From Promethearchaeota archaeon (GTDB lineage Archaea; Asgardarchaeota; Lokiarchaeia; Sigyniarchaeales; SOKP01), in assembly GCA_048938005.1 (NCBI GenBank), contig JBHLMQ010000032.1:3912-35224 (forward strand): 31,313 bases of DNA, in the 5' to 3' direction. Shown in pieces: positions 18,316 to 28,098 of this stretch; within the stretch, counting starts at the first letter, position 1; each line of letters starts with the position of its first letter. The notes under the pieces were generated by a model. It was not told where the DNA came from. It searched no databases and was given only the letters and a program-made list of their open reading frames with translations. The position numbers were made by a program, and so were the translations under genes.

Positions 18316-18966
18316 CTACTTATTATTAACAGTTTTAATTCCTTTTTCTAATACATGTTTATAGTATTTCTTTCTTATAATTAGATCCATTTCATTATAA
18401 GGAAGTTCAACAAATACTCCTCTATCTTTAACATATTCAACAAAAAGATTACCCTCAGGGTCATATTTTGAAAGGATACCATTGTTTATTCCATCAAATT
18501 CGACAAGAGGCAAAAAACCAGCTCTAGAAGCCGTGACTTTATCGAATACTGGTGTTGCTTTTATCCATTTTTTATCAATATAGATTTCGCTATAACCATG
18601 ATAATAAAATATGTCTGTTCCTAATAAGTCAATTGTTTCTTGTGGCACTTTATTGTTTCTAATATCTGCTAAATGAACTTGGGCAGGAATTCCGACAGCT
18701 CTCGCAAAAGAAGATAATAAAACGGCCTTTGAAACACAAAATCCATAACCTCGACGCAAAGTAACACTAGCTTTGAAATTTGCCTTAATCATGTAAAAAG
18801 CACTCATATTATACTTTATTTCATCTCTTACCCAATAAAATAGTGCAATAGCTTTTTCTTTTTCAGTTTTTAAACCATTAGTAATCTCAAAAGCTTTTCT
18901 GTTTACTGATTTTTTATTAAAATCTAAAAATTCAGTTGGTTGTAGATAAATATTCATATCTTCCAT
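18316..18966 (-). CDS. Transglutaminase-like family protein (copy 1)
   Basis: LFYWVRD.IKY, GFCVSKA, RAVGIPA, HGYSEIYI..KWIKATP.FD. Confidence 0.9.
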   Translation of the reverse strand: MEDMNIYLQPTEFLDFNKKSVNRKAFEITNGLKTEKEKAIALFYWVRDEIKYNMSAFYMIKANFKASVTLRRGYGFCVSKAVLLSSFARAVGIPAQVHLADIRNNKVPQETIDLLGTDIFYYHGYSEIYIDKKWIKATPVFDKVTASRAGFLPLVEFDGINNGILSKYDPEGNLFVEYVKDRGVFVELPYNEMDLIIRKKYYKHVLEKGIKTVNNK

Positions 18967-19088
18967 GATTAAAAAAAAAATTAATTATTTTAGAAGATTT
19001 CCCTTTAATTTACTTAAAAAATAATTTATTTGAACCTAAAGAAAAGAAAAAAGCTAAAGAAAAGAACAAAACTATGGTTTATTGGATT

Positions 19089-20330
19089 TTATTGTTTTAT
19101 TCTTGAGGCTATCAAATCGATTATATCAATCAGTTTTATTTTTTCTTGAACTTCTGAACCAACTTCTTCGTAAGCATCTGAGAAGTTTCCAATGCAAAAT
19201 GGGCAACTAGTTGTTAAAATATCAGCCCCAGATTCTACTGCTTCTCTAATTCTTTCTTTTGAAATCTCTATTGCTAATTCGGGAAATTGGCTTTTTACAC
19301 CACCACCCGCTCCACAACACCATGCATTTTTTTTGTTTCTTTTCATCTCAATAAGTTCAATTCCTGGGATTTTAGAGATTACTTGGCGAGGAATTTCATA
19401 GAGATCCATATGCCGCCCGAGATGGCAAGGATCATGATATGTTACCTTTACTTTCTCACCTTCTTCTTGCTTAAACGGAATTTCGTTATTATTTAACATT
19501 TCTATTAAAATTTCAGTAATATGCTTTACTTCAAAAGGTAATTCTTCACCTAATAATTCAGGATAATCTTTTTTCCAAGTTCGATAACATCCCGCACATG
19601 CCGTAAATAACGTTTTTGCTCCTTTATTCTTAAATTCTACAATGTTATGTTTAATAATCTCAGTTAAAGATTTTTCATCGCCAATACGTAAGGCAATAGA
19701 TCCACAGCACCATTCTTCTTTTGTCATGGCTATTTCTTTATCCGCTACTTTTAAAATCTTCATCATACTTCTTAAAGTATCCACTTGTCTTAGAGGCATT
19801 GTACAACCACCAAAAAACATTAAATCACCTTGATCCTTGATCTCAGGAAATTCCCTCACCCATTCAAATTTTTTAGCTTTTTCTTCCCCGTATGGATTTT
19901 TTATTTTATCTTCATTTATATAATCTATTAAATTTCCATGTCTTTCAAGTGGAGCAATACCAGCTTCAATTAAATCCTTTCTTAATGCTTCCCATACCTT
20001 AACGTGATCGATCCAATTACATGTAGGAAGGATAATATTTTCGTTATGAGTCATATGACATACTTCGGTACAATTACCGCATTCAGAGCATTGATATACC
20101 CATTCAGCTAGTTTTTTACTTAAAGGGATTTTACCTATTAAAATACTTTTCAAAACATTCATACGTCCACGTGGAAAGTAAATTTCAAAACCTTCTCCCC
20201 CTTTAGCTTCTTTAACTGGGCAAGTTAAAAATCTATTTACCGCAGGTCTAATAGCATAACCACAATCACCACATCCCATACAACTCATTATAGCTTCCCA
20301 TTCTTTTTTCAGATGTTTCAATTCAATCAA
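19089..20330 (-). CDS. Fe-S oxidoreductase, GlcF/HdrD-like (4Fe-4S plus two CCG domains), TTG start
   Basis: CMGCGDC...CP, CSECGNCTEVC, WCCG, TACAGC, YHDPCHLGR, WCCGAGGG and TSCPFC. Confidence 0.92.
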   Translation of the reverse strand: MIELKHLKKEWEAIMSCMGCGDCGYAIRPAVNRFLTCPVKEAKGGEGFEIYFPRGRMNVLKSILIGKIPLSKKLAEWVYQCSECGNCTEVCHMTHNENIILPTCNWIDHVKVWEALRKDLIEAGIAPLERHGNLIDYINEDKIKNPYGEEKAKKFEWVREFPEIKDQGDLMFFGGCTMPLRQVDTLRSMMKILKVADKEIAMTKEEWCCGSIALRIGDEKSLTEIIKHNIVEFKNKGAKTLFTACAGCYRTWKKDYPELLGEELPFEVKHITEILIEMLNNNEIPFKQEEGEKVKVTYHDPCHLGRHMDLYEIPRQVISKIPGIELIEMKRNKKNAWCCGAGGGVKSQFPELAIEISKERIREAVESGADILTTSCPFCIGNFSDAYEEVGSEVQEKIKLIDIIDLIASRIKQ

Positions 20331-20335
20331 TTTTT

Positions 20336-21850
20336 TTATTCACCCCAAAAATTGAATTTTCCTCTGCTTAAAATCATATTAGGATCAAGAGTTTCTTTAA
20401 TCTCCTTCATTAAATTATAATAATCTTCTGAATATGCCCCTATTTCAACCATCAAACGCGACATAAATTCCCCCATCATATAATATTGAAGACCATGCTT
20501 GATAAGCCTTTTTAATAATGATTTCCATAACTTTAAATTTGTTTCACGGATAACCTCATGAATTTGCCCATCAAAATATCTCCAGAAGCTAACAAAACCA
20601 GCAGTAACTTCTACATTATTCCCATCAACTAATGGGATGGGACCAGTACCTGAAATTGGACGAATTTTAGTAATATTAAAAATTTTACGCATATCCTCCT
20701 CATGTTCGATATCCCATTGATCAACGTCTCGTATAATTTCAGGAAATTTATTAATTGGACAAAAACATTCCGCTGAGAGTGGTTGCATGGAAGGAAACAT
20801 TCCCCACAGATTATGATAAAATTGCCAATGTCCTTGTTCTGTATAGAACCATCTAGCAATATTCCCATCAGAAATTTCTGAACCAAGATATTCGGATTTT
20901 TTACTCATAATGATATCATCCAACTTTTTAACATTTTCTTTCAATTCCGCTTCTGAATTTGCTTCAATTATATAAAAAAGCATTCCTCTTTTCTTTTTAA
21001 TATGCTCCCATAATGGAAAAAAACCCTGTTCTGATCCAACGGCAACTACCACATCTGGTATAAATATTATATCATAAACATCTATCCCCTTTCTTCTAAT
21101 TTCCATCATAATTTGAGCAGCAGATTCGGCAGGTTTACGAGGCATTAAAAATGTTTTGTAATCTGCAAATTCTGGTTTCGGGAAAATTTTTAGGGAAACT
21201 TTTGTTTTTATTCCAAAAACACCATTATCTCCGCAAAATAGTCCTGTTAAATCCGGACCATTACCAAATCTGTTAAATGGAAGTTTTGAATATTTATTTG
21301 CTTGAGATCCCGTTTCAACGATCTCTCCAGTTGGTAAAACAACTTCTAGCGAAACTAATTGATTAGTACAAGCCCCATATTTAGCGCACCCTCCTCCACC
21401 AACTGAATGATGGGATATACCCCCTCCTATCGATGCTGATAATCCAGATCCTGGACCCATACATCCTGTATAAAGACCATAATGACAAAGATATTCATTT
21501 AATTTTCCCCAAGAAATTCCTGCTTCAACAGTAACGATAAGATTATCTTCATCTAAGTAAAGAATATCGTCCATTCTTTTCAAATCCAATACAATTCCGT
21601 TATCACCAATAGGTTTACTCCCTCCAAACTCACAAATTCCAGCTCCTCGAGGGATAACAGGAATATTTTCTTCGTTTGCTACTTTGAGAATTTCGGAAAT
21701 TTCTTGAGCGTCTTTAGGCCTTATTACTATATCAGGAACACCTTGTAATACAATATCCACATTTCGTGAATAAGCGTGGCGTATATAAATATCATCAGAA
21801 AGATATTTATCAGAAACAATCATCTCTAATTTCTTATATAAATCTGACAT
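20336..21850 (-). CDS. FAD-binding oxidoreductase, GlcD/D-lactate dehydrogenase family
   Basis: PDIVIRP, PRGAG, VEAG, ASIGG, LEVVLPTGEI, GPDL.GLF.G..G.FGI and K..LDP..IL; 5 nt upstream of the Fe-S partner. Confidence 0.92.
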   Translation of the reverse strand: MSDLYKKLEMIVSDKYLSDDIYIRHAYSRNVDIVLQGVPDIVIRPKDAQEISEILKVANEENIPVIPRGAGICEFGGSKPIGDNGIVLDLKRMDDILYLDEDNLIVTVEAGISWGKLNEYLCHYGLYTGCMGPGSGLSASIGGGISHHSVGGGGCAKYGACTNQLVSLEVVLPTGEIVETGSQANKYSKLPFNRFGNGPDLTGLFCGDNGVFGIKTKVSLKIFPKPEFADYKTFLMPRKPAESAAQIMMEIRRKGIDVYDIIFIPDVVVAVGSEQGFFPLWEHIKKKRGMLFYIIEANSEAELKENVKKLDDIIMSKKSEYLGSEISDGNIARWFYTEQGHWQFYHNLWGMFPSMQPLSAECFCPINKFPEIIRDVDQWDIEHEEDMRKIFNITKIRPISGTGPIPLVDGNNVEVTAGFVSFWRYFDGQIHEVIRETNLKLWKSLLKRLIKHGLQYYMMGEFMSRLMVEIGAYSEDYYNLMKEIKETLDPNMILSRGKFNFWGE

Positions 21851-21994
21851 ATCTGTAATATCTCCACATTTTTTTAATAGAACAATTTATAATAGAAACA
21901 TTAAATTACTTAAATATATTCCAATTTAAAGTAAAGTTAGATATTCAAAAGGAAAACGTAAATCTAAACAATTATGGAGCTAAAGGTGTAAGAA

Positions 21995-22279
21995 ATCTAT
22001 TATCGAGGATATATCTTAATTCGCCTAAAAGCAATCGGTACAGAATGGAAAGTTGTTGAAAAATTAACTAATTTAAAATCTACTGAACCAGATGAGGATT
22101 GGAAAATTACCTATGCTACTCCAATTTATGGAGGTTGGGATGTAATGGTTGAATGTTCTTTCTCTAAGTTAAGAGATATCGACAAAATTGTTACTTTTTG
22201 TAGAATGGATGAAGAATTATCTCAGTGGGTAGAGGAAACAACCACACTTATGGGCTCAAAAAACGATTACCCTGGTTAA
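21995..22279 (+). CDS. Stand-alone Lrp/AsnC ligand-binding-like domain protein, missed by the ORF track; start codon unresolved
   Basis: 94 open codons IYYRGYILIRLKAIGTEWKVVEKL...PIYGGWDVMVE...VEETTTL, fitting the YILI / hYG.WDhhhE / ETTTL pattern of AsnC C-terminal domains. An in-frame TAA (21989) separates it from the ATG at 21974. Confidence 0.7.
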   Translation: MYYRGYILIRLKAIGTEWKVVEKLTNLKSTEPDEDWKITYATPIYGGWDVMVECSFSKLRDIDKIVTFCRMDEELSQWVEETTTLMGSKNDYPG

Positions 22280-22322
22280 TTTCATTTTTTATAGATTTTG
22301 ATAAAATTTGGTTTAATTCATT

Positions 22323-22928
22323 TTGATTAAAGTAAGAAAGTACATTATTCTTAGCATTTTATTAATTATTTTAACCCTTCCAATCTTCTTTGGAGTATAT
22401 CTCGAATATTTCACAATAAGAGAAATAAATTGGTTTGTAATTCTAATTTTTTTAATTGGTATATCAATACTTTTAATTTTGGGTAAAATTATAGAAATTT
22501 ACGGCTATAATGATAAGATTGTCGAAGCTATTAGAAAACAAGATGTTATCAATGCTTTTATTAATAGAAATGATAGAATAATCATTTGGCTTTTCTTTCC
22601 AATAATTATAATAATAGAAGAATTGGTTTTTAGGTATTATAATATTGGAGTTTTAATTCACATATTAGAGATGGAATCAGCCGTAGCTATATTCATTTCA
22701 AGCTTGGTTTTTTCTTCATATCATATTCACATTTGGTTTCGTTATAAGAATTTAAAGATTCTTTTAATAAACCTCGGATATTCTTTTTTAATAGGATTAT
22801 ATAATGGCTACATATTTTTACAATTAGGGATTATACCTTGCATATTAATTCATTATTCAATAGTTCTTTTTTTATATTATAACATTTACAGAAGATATTT
22901 TAAAAAAAAAAGAATAAAAAATATTTGA
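22323..22928 (+). CDS. CPBP (Abi/Rce1-like) intramembrane glutamic endopeptidase
   Basis: EELVFR, FSSYH and ILIH motifs within TM segments. Confidence 0.85.
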   Translation: MIKVRKYIILSILLIILTLPIFFGVYLEYFTIREINWFVILIFLIGISILLILGKIIEIYGYNDKIVEAIRKQDVINAFINRNDRIIIWLFFPIIIIIEELVFRYYNIGVLIHILEMESAVAIFISSLVFSSYHIHIWFRYKNLKILLINLGYSFLIGLYNGYIFLQLGIIPCILIHYSIVLFLYYNIYRRYFKKKRIKNI

Positions 22929-22946
22929 AAATAAAAAAAGAATTCA

Positions 22947-24683
22947 TTATTTTCTTAAAGCTTTTTTATCTACTTTACCTATTGACGTTAACGGTAATTC
23001 CTTGAGAATTTCAATAAATTTTGGTAATTTATATTTGGCTAAGTTCTCTTGAGCAAATTTAAGTATATCTGCTTTAATTTCTTCAGATGCTTCATATCCA
23101 TCTTTTAATAACACATATAATTTAACCAATTCGGAACCAGGACGATCAGGATCAGGAATACCTACCGATGAACACAGCTCAATTGCAGGATGTTTATTCA
23201 TTTTATCATCTACTTCAACACTGAAAACTTTATAGCCACTAACGTTTATCATATCTTTTGTACGATCAACTATAGTAATATAGCCATCCTCATCCATTAC
23301 ACCCACATCTCCTGAATAAAACCATCCATTTTGAAGTGCATGTTCAGTTTCTTTAGGCTTATTCCAATATCCCTTAAATATTTGGGGGCCTCTAATCGCA
23401 ATTTCACCTGGTTCTCCTAAAGGAACCTCTTTACTTCTGTCTGAAACGTCAACTATTTTTACCTCAGTATTAGGGAATGGAACACCTACAGTTCCTATTT
23501 TTTTCTTTCCAAGATATGGATTCATTGAAACTCCTGGAGATGCTTCTGTCATTCCATAACCTTCCACAACCTTTTGTTTTCCAACTACGTTCTCAAACTC
23601 ATTTATACTTTCTGTAGGAAAAGGTGCTGCCCCAGAAATATAAGCGTTAATAGAACTTAAGTTTAATTTATTAAATCTTCTATTTTTTAAAAGCATAAGA
23701 TATAGGGTTGGAACATTATAGAAAAGAGATAATTTTCCTTCATATTCTTTAATTTTGCTAACCATATAATTTGTATCTCTTGGATTTGGAACTAAAATCT
23801 GCATAGCACCTTGAGAAACTGTTTGTATGCAAAATTGCAGCCCAGCTAAGTGAAAGAAAGGGAATCCAGAAATATAAACATCATTACCTGGATTGGTACC
23901 AGGTTCAAACCAATGATTAACAATTTGAATCATTGAGATTAAATTCCCATGTGTCAATATTGCTCCTTTTGGAGGACCCGTTGTTCCACCTGTATATTGA
24001 AGTAATAATAGATCATCAGGTTCTATTTTAACATCAGGAGATTTATCACTTGCATATTTTTCAATTATTTCCTTATATGTAAAATATTTTAATCCTGTGA
24101 CTGGTTCAACTTTACCGACTGGAATTTTTCCGATTTTAATTAACTGTTCTTTCATATCTGGTTCCAAATCTAAAACATTGGCAACATTTGTCGTTATTAC
24201 AATTTCAACATTACTGTCTCCGATTTCAAGAGCTTCTCTAACTTTTTCTTCGTAAAATGAATCTAGAGTTATTAAAGCTTTAGCACCGCAATCTTTTAAT
24301 TGATATATTATTTCTTTAGGTTGTAAAAGAAAATTCATTCCTGAAACAGCACATCCTGCATAAAAGGTTCCAAATAATGCTACAATAAACTGAGGAAGGT
24401 TTGGCAGATTTATTACAACTCGATCACCTTTTTTTAACCCATTTTTAACAAGAAAGTTAGCAAAACTGTTAACATATTCTTCAGTCTCCTTAAATGTTGC
24501 CCGAGAACCTTGAAAATCGAAACAAAGACTTTTTGGATATTTTTTAACAGTTCTTCTCATCATTTCTGCTATTGAATATATTTCTATATCTATCTCTGGT
24601 TTTGCATGAGGATCATAGGATTTCAACCATATCTTATCTGAATATGGGCTGCTTTGAATCATTTTTTCTGTCATTTTTACCAA
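22947..24683 (-). CDS. Long-chain fatty acid-CoA ligase (FadD-like AMP-binding enzyme)
   Basis: YTGGTTGPPKG, EGYGMTE, YSGD, DRTKD and TSIGKVDK; alternative ATG at 24674. Confidence 0.93.
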   Translation of the reverse strand: MVKMTEKMIQSSPYSDKIWLKSYDPHAKPEIDIEIYSIAEMMRRTVKKYPKSLCFDFQGSRATFKETEEYVNSFANFLVKNGLKKGDRVVINLPNLPQFIVALFGTFYAGCAVSGMNFLLQPKEIIYQLKDCGAKALITLDSFYEEKVREALEIGDSNVEIVITTNVANVLDLEPDMKEQLIKIGKIPVGKVEPVTGLKYFTYKEIIEKYASDKSPDVKIEPDDLLLLQYTGGTTGPPKGAILTHGNLISMIQIVNHWFEPGTNPGNDVYISGFPFFHLAGLQFCIQTVSQGAMQILVPNPRDTNYMVSKIKEYEGKLSLFYNVPTLYLMLLKNRRFNKLNLSSINAYISGAAPFPTESINEFENVVGKQKVVEGYGMTEASPGVSMNPYLGKKKIGTVGVPFPNTEVKIVDVSDRSKEVPLGEPGEIAIRGPQIFKGYWNKPKETEHALQNGWFYSGDVGVMDEDGYITIVDRTKDMINVSGYKVFSVEVDDKMNKHPAIELCSSVGIPDPDRPGSELVKLYVLLKDGYEASEEIKADILKFAQENLAKYKLPKFIEILKELPLTSIGKVDKKALRK

Positions 24684-24851
24684 TTTTATAAATTTTTGTT
24701 ATAGATATAACTATTTTTAATAGTATTCTTATTGAAAGATCGATATTTAAAATTAATCGTATGATTATGATTAGGTTTTTAAAAAAAGTATATTTTTTAA
24801 TGGTATAAAATTTAAAAAATTTCATTGATCAGAGGTTCTGAAAGAATTAGC

Positions 24852-25721
24852 ATGAAAGTTTATTTCCGCGAATTAACACCTGAAGACATTCCAGCAGTTA
24901 AAGATATTAGTAAAGACATTTGGGAAGGAGATGATTATATTCCCTATGTGATCCAAGAATGGCTCCAAGAGAAAAGTTGTATGAATTATGGAACTTTTAA
25001 AGATGAAGATAAAACTGAATTAATTGGATTTGGAAGAGTTAAGTTATATAATAAGGATATAGCTTGGTTAGAAGGAGGAAGAATAAAAGTTTCGTATCAA
25101 GGTCAAGGTATTGGCAAATTACAGCTTAATTACGCGATAGAATATGCTAAAAAAGTAGGTGTTAAAGTAGCTCAATATGATACTTCATCAAAAAATTTTG
25201 CATCAATTTCACTTGCTAATTATTTTGGGTTTAAACGTAAAAAATGTATGGATCTTGTTATTGCGAGTTCTGATTATATTAATATTACTAAGAGAATTAA
25301 AACTAAAGTCGAAGAATTTACTGTAAAAGAAGCAAAAGAGCTCTATAATGAATTTGATATTGGTCCTGGAGATGAGGTTTGTATTGGCTGGTCATATGTT
25401 CCATTAAAATATTTAACGGATGAACATGGCCCATGGATCTATAATAAAAATGCAATTTTACAAAAAGTAGAGTTTAGAAGATCTCAGAATTACGAACTTC
25501 CATCAGAACAAGAAGTTTGGATAATAGTTTATGGAAAACCAAAAGCAGCAAGGGATTTAATTCAATTTACAATTCAAAAAGAACTTGAAACTAAAGAATC
25601 TAAACTTTATAAAGTTTTTTGCAAACCAGAAGTAGTAGATCTCATAAAAGAAATGGGATTTAAGTACCGTGAAGATAAACGTTTTGGAGTCATGCTATTT
25701 GAAAAAATATTAAAAGAATAA
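24852..25721 (+). CDS. GNAT-family N-acetyltransferase
   Basis: IWEG.DY, WLEGGRI and QGQGIG acetyl-CoA motif; ATG at 24852 preferred over TTG at 24825. Confidence 0.85.
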   Translation: MKVYFRELTPEDIPAVKDISKDIWEGDDYIPYVIQEWLQEKSCMNYGTFKDEDKTELIGFGRVKLYNKDIAWLEGGRIKVSYQGQGIGKLQLNYAIEYAKKVGVKVAQYDTSSKNFASISLANYFGFKRKKCMDLVIASSDYINITKRIKTKVEEFTVKEAKELYNEFDIGPGDEVCIGWSYVPLKYLTDEHGPWIYNKNAILQKVEFRRSQNYELPSEQEVWIIVYGKPKAARDLIQFTIQKELETKESKLYKVFCKPEVVDLIKEMGFKYREDKRFGVMLFEKILKE

Positions 25722-25759
25722 AGAATAGATTATTTTTAATTGAGAAAATCACTTTAGAG

Positions 25760-26833
25760 TTGAATGTAATGTCTGATGATGCTTATATAAAACTAAGAGA
25801 GTTTTTGGATCAGTTCCCTTTAGGATACCCCAAATCTCCATCTGGTATTGAATTAAAGATCTTGAAGCGGCTTTTTACGTGGGAAGAAGCTAAAATCGCA
25901 ATACATTTAACTCCGATTCCCGAAGAAGCTACTAAAATTGCAAAAAAAATAGGAATGGATGAGAAAAAAATAGAAGAAATTTTAGAATCAATGGCTAAAA
26001 AAGGATTAATTTTCCGAACTCAACGTGATAATAAAACAACGTTTAATTCTGTGCCATTTATGATTGGATTGTATGAATATTCTGTTAAAAAAATCGATAA
26101 AGAACTCGCCAAATATTATAAAGAATATTATGATACTGCCTATCAGAACGAAATGGGAGCTAGTAATGTTCCAGGATTCAAAGTAATTCCAATTGAAGAG
26201 ACTATCGAAACTGATACTATCCTATATCCATATCATAAGTTAAAGGAAAGCATAAAGAATGCTAGGGTAATTGCTGTATATGATTGTATTTGCCGTAAAG
26301 AAGCCAGATTAAATGGAGAAGGATGTGATCATCCAATTGAGACATGTTTAAGTTTCGGAATTGCAGCTGAATATTATATTGAAAATGGTTTCGGACGGGA
26401 AATATCTGCTGATGAAGCAATTAGAATAATTGAAGAAGCAGACAGGTCTGGTTTGGTACATGCAGGAGCTAATTCCAAGCATCTTTCGAATATATGTAAT
26501 TGTTGTCCTTGTTGCTGTGCCTCGATGAAGGGGATTACACAAAAAGGACTTGATAAACATAAATTCATGAATGCAATGTTTGAATCTATTATTGATGAAG
26601 AGATTTGCATTGGATGTGGAACTTGTGTTGAGAGGTGTCCAGTAGGAGCAATAACCTTAGAAGATATTGCTACTGTATCAAGAGATAAATGTTTGGGATG
26701 TGGATTATGTGCTAGTGTGTGTTCTGAGGATGCCATAACCATGCATTTAAGAGAAGATGGTGAGGAACCTTTTAATAGGGTAAACGAGATGTTAAGGGCG
26801 ATTTCGGATGGTAAAAGAAAGAGTTCTAAATGA
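25760..26833 (+). CDS. 4Fe-4S binding protein with N-terminal HTH-like region and Cys-rich middle domain
   Basis: CICR, C.HP.ETC, ICNCCPCCC and two CxxCxxCxxxC motifs; alternative ATG at 25769. Confidence 0.88.
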   Translation: MNVMSDDAYIKLREFLDQFPLGYPKSPSGIELKILKRLFTWEEAKIAIHLTPIPEEATKIAKKIGMDEKKIEEILESMAKKGLIFRTQRDNKTTFNSVPFMIGLYEYSVKKIDKELAKYYKEYYDTAYQNEMGASNVPGFKVIPIEETIETDTILYPYHKLKESIKNARVIAVYDCICRKEARLNGEGCDHPIETCLSFGIAAEYYIENGFGREISADEAIRIIEEADRSGLVHAGANSKHLSNICNCCPCCCASMKGITQKGLDKHKFMNAMFESIIDEEICIGCGTCVERCPVGAITLEDIATVSRDKCLGCGLCASVCSEDAITMHLREDGEEPFNRVNEMLRAISDGKRKSSK

Positions 26834-26943
26834 GATTTTTGCATTCTAAATTTTTTCAAAAATTAAAAATTTCATTGTATCTCTTATTTAAAAAAATACA
26901 ATTCACTTCTTATTTTAAGATAAAGCGCTTTTAATTTAAAGCA

Positions 26944-28077
26944 ATGAGTAAAATAGGCATAGCAACGCTTCCTTTACATAGTAGTAGAGCACCACAATGG
27001 CTATTGAAGCGAATGATATTATTAGGCAAACCAATTTTTAAAATAATATATGATTTGGAAGGATCAGATGGTATAATCAGAAGACTATCTGATACATACT
27101 GGTTTCAAGGATTAGCTTGTATTTTAGGATTTGATTGGCATTCAAGTGGTTGTACTACAGTTTTAGGTGGTGTATTAAAGCAAATTATTAATCCTCAAGA
27201 CCATGGTTTAATAGTAGCTGGAGGAAAAGGTAAAAATTCTACAAAAGTGAAAGAACATCTACAACAAAGAGCAAATGAATTAGATTTTAGCGATGATAAT
27301 ATTAAATCTTTAGTGGAAACTAGTCGTTTAGTGGCAAAAATTGATAATGCGGCAATTCAAGATGGATTTGATTTATATCATCATTTAATGATCGTTTCTG
27401 AAAATAATTGGGGAATTATTCAGCAAGGTCTTGATGGAAAAATTAGGAAAGCACGACGATATCATTGGCTTTCTGAAGGGATGACTAGTTATCTTGATGA
27501 TCCTCATAATGATATAAGTACTGAAGTTGTTAAAGATAATGTATTAGATATGGCGTCGAGTGAAAGTAAGGAGTGTAGAAAAGTATCATTAGATCTCATT
27601 CAAGAAGGCTCAAATAGAATAAAACGATACCTTAGTAAATTAAAAGATAAGAATCAGACAAATCTAGATGATTTTATTAATCCAAAAGAATCAATAGAAT
27701 TAATAGAAATTCCACATTTGGATATGCCAATTCCATTTACTTTAAAATGGGAAAGCATTAAAATGGCGCGCGAGCTAGCCGTAAATGATTATACTGAGTT
27801 GTTAAAGATTCAAGGATTAGGTCCAGGGATGATAAGAGCTTTAGCACTAATATCCGAATTCATTTGGGGCGAACCTCCAAGTTGGAAAGATCCTGCGAAA
27901 TATGCTTATACTGTTGGAGGTAAAGACGGAATTCCATATCCGGTAAATCTTCAAAGAATAGAAAAATGTGCGGAGATTTTAGATCATGTTATTGATCAGG
28001 CTCACCTAAATAATAAGGAAAAAATTAACGCTTTAAAAAGATTATATAAATACATACAGAGAAAGGCTCTCATATAA
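26944..28077 (+). CDS. DUF763 domain protein
   Basis: LPLH...AP.WL, GFDWHSSG.TT, SRLVAKIDN.A.QDG, QQG, ARRYHW and GGKDG.PYPV. Confidence 0.9.
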   Translation: MSKIGIATLPLHSSRAPQWLLKRMILLGKPIFKIIYDLEGSDGIIRRLSDTYWFQGLACILGFDWHSSGCTTVLGGVLKQIINPQDHGLIVAGGKGKNSTKVKEHLQQRANELDFSDDNIKSLVETSRLVAKIDNAAIQDGFDLYHHLMIVSENNWGIIQQGLDGKIRKARRYHWLSEGMTSYLDDPHNDISTEVVKDNVLDMASSESKECRKVSLDLIQEGSNRIKRYLSKLKDKNQTNLDDFINPKESIELIEIPHLDMPIPFTLKWESIKMARELAVNDYTELLKIQGLGPGMIRALALISEFIWGEPPSWKDPAKYAYTVGGKDGIPYPVNLQRIEKCAEILDHVIDQAHLNNKEKINALKRLYKYIQRKALI

Positions 28078-28098
28078 TTAAAAAAAGAAGAAAAAAAA

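Noticed and set aside
21978-21993. Alternative BHB-like fold (helix UUAU/GUAA, inner stem GCU/GGU) at the start of the AsnC-like gene
   Set aside because: Standard cuts would remove 16 nt and leave the domain out of frame.
25760-26833. Selenocysteine read-through at TGA-ending redox genes
   Set aside because: The TGA codons fall at natural C-termini after complete domains; no Cys-equivalent position or downstream coding continuation was seen.
1859-26859. Short overlapping ORFs in the track (1859..2173, 3157..3477, 6187..6531, 7473..7685, 8761..8961, 12886..13185, 13480..13683, 15365..15862, 16709..17047, 19192..19833 group, 20629..20886, 24634..24825, 26348..26560, 26374..26859)
   Set aside because: These are antisense or alternate-frame shadows of well-supported genes, or low-complexity AT-rich frames, with no recognisable motifs.
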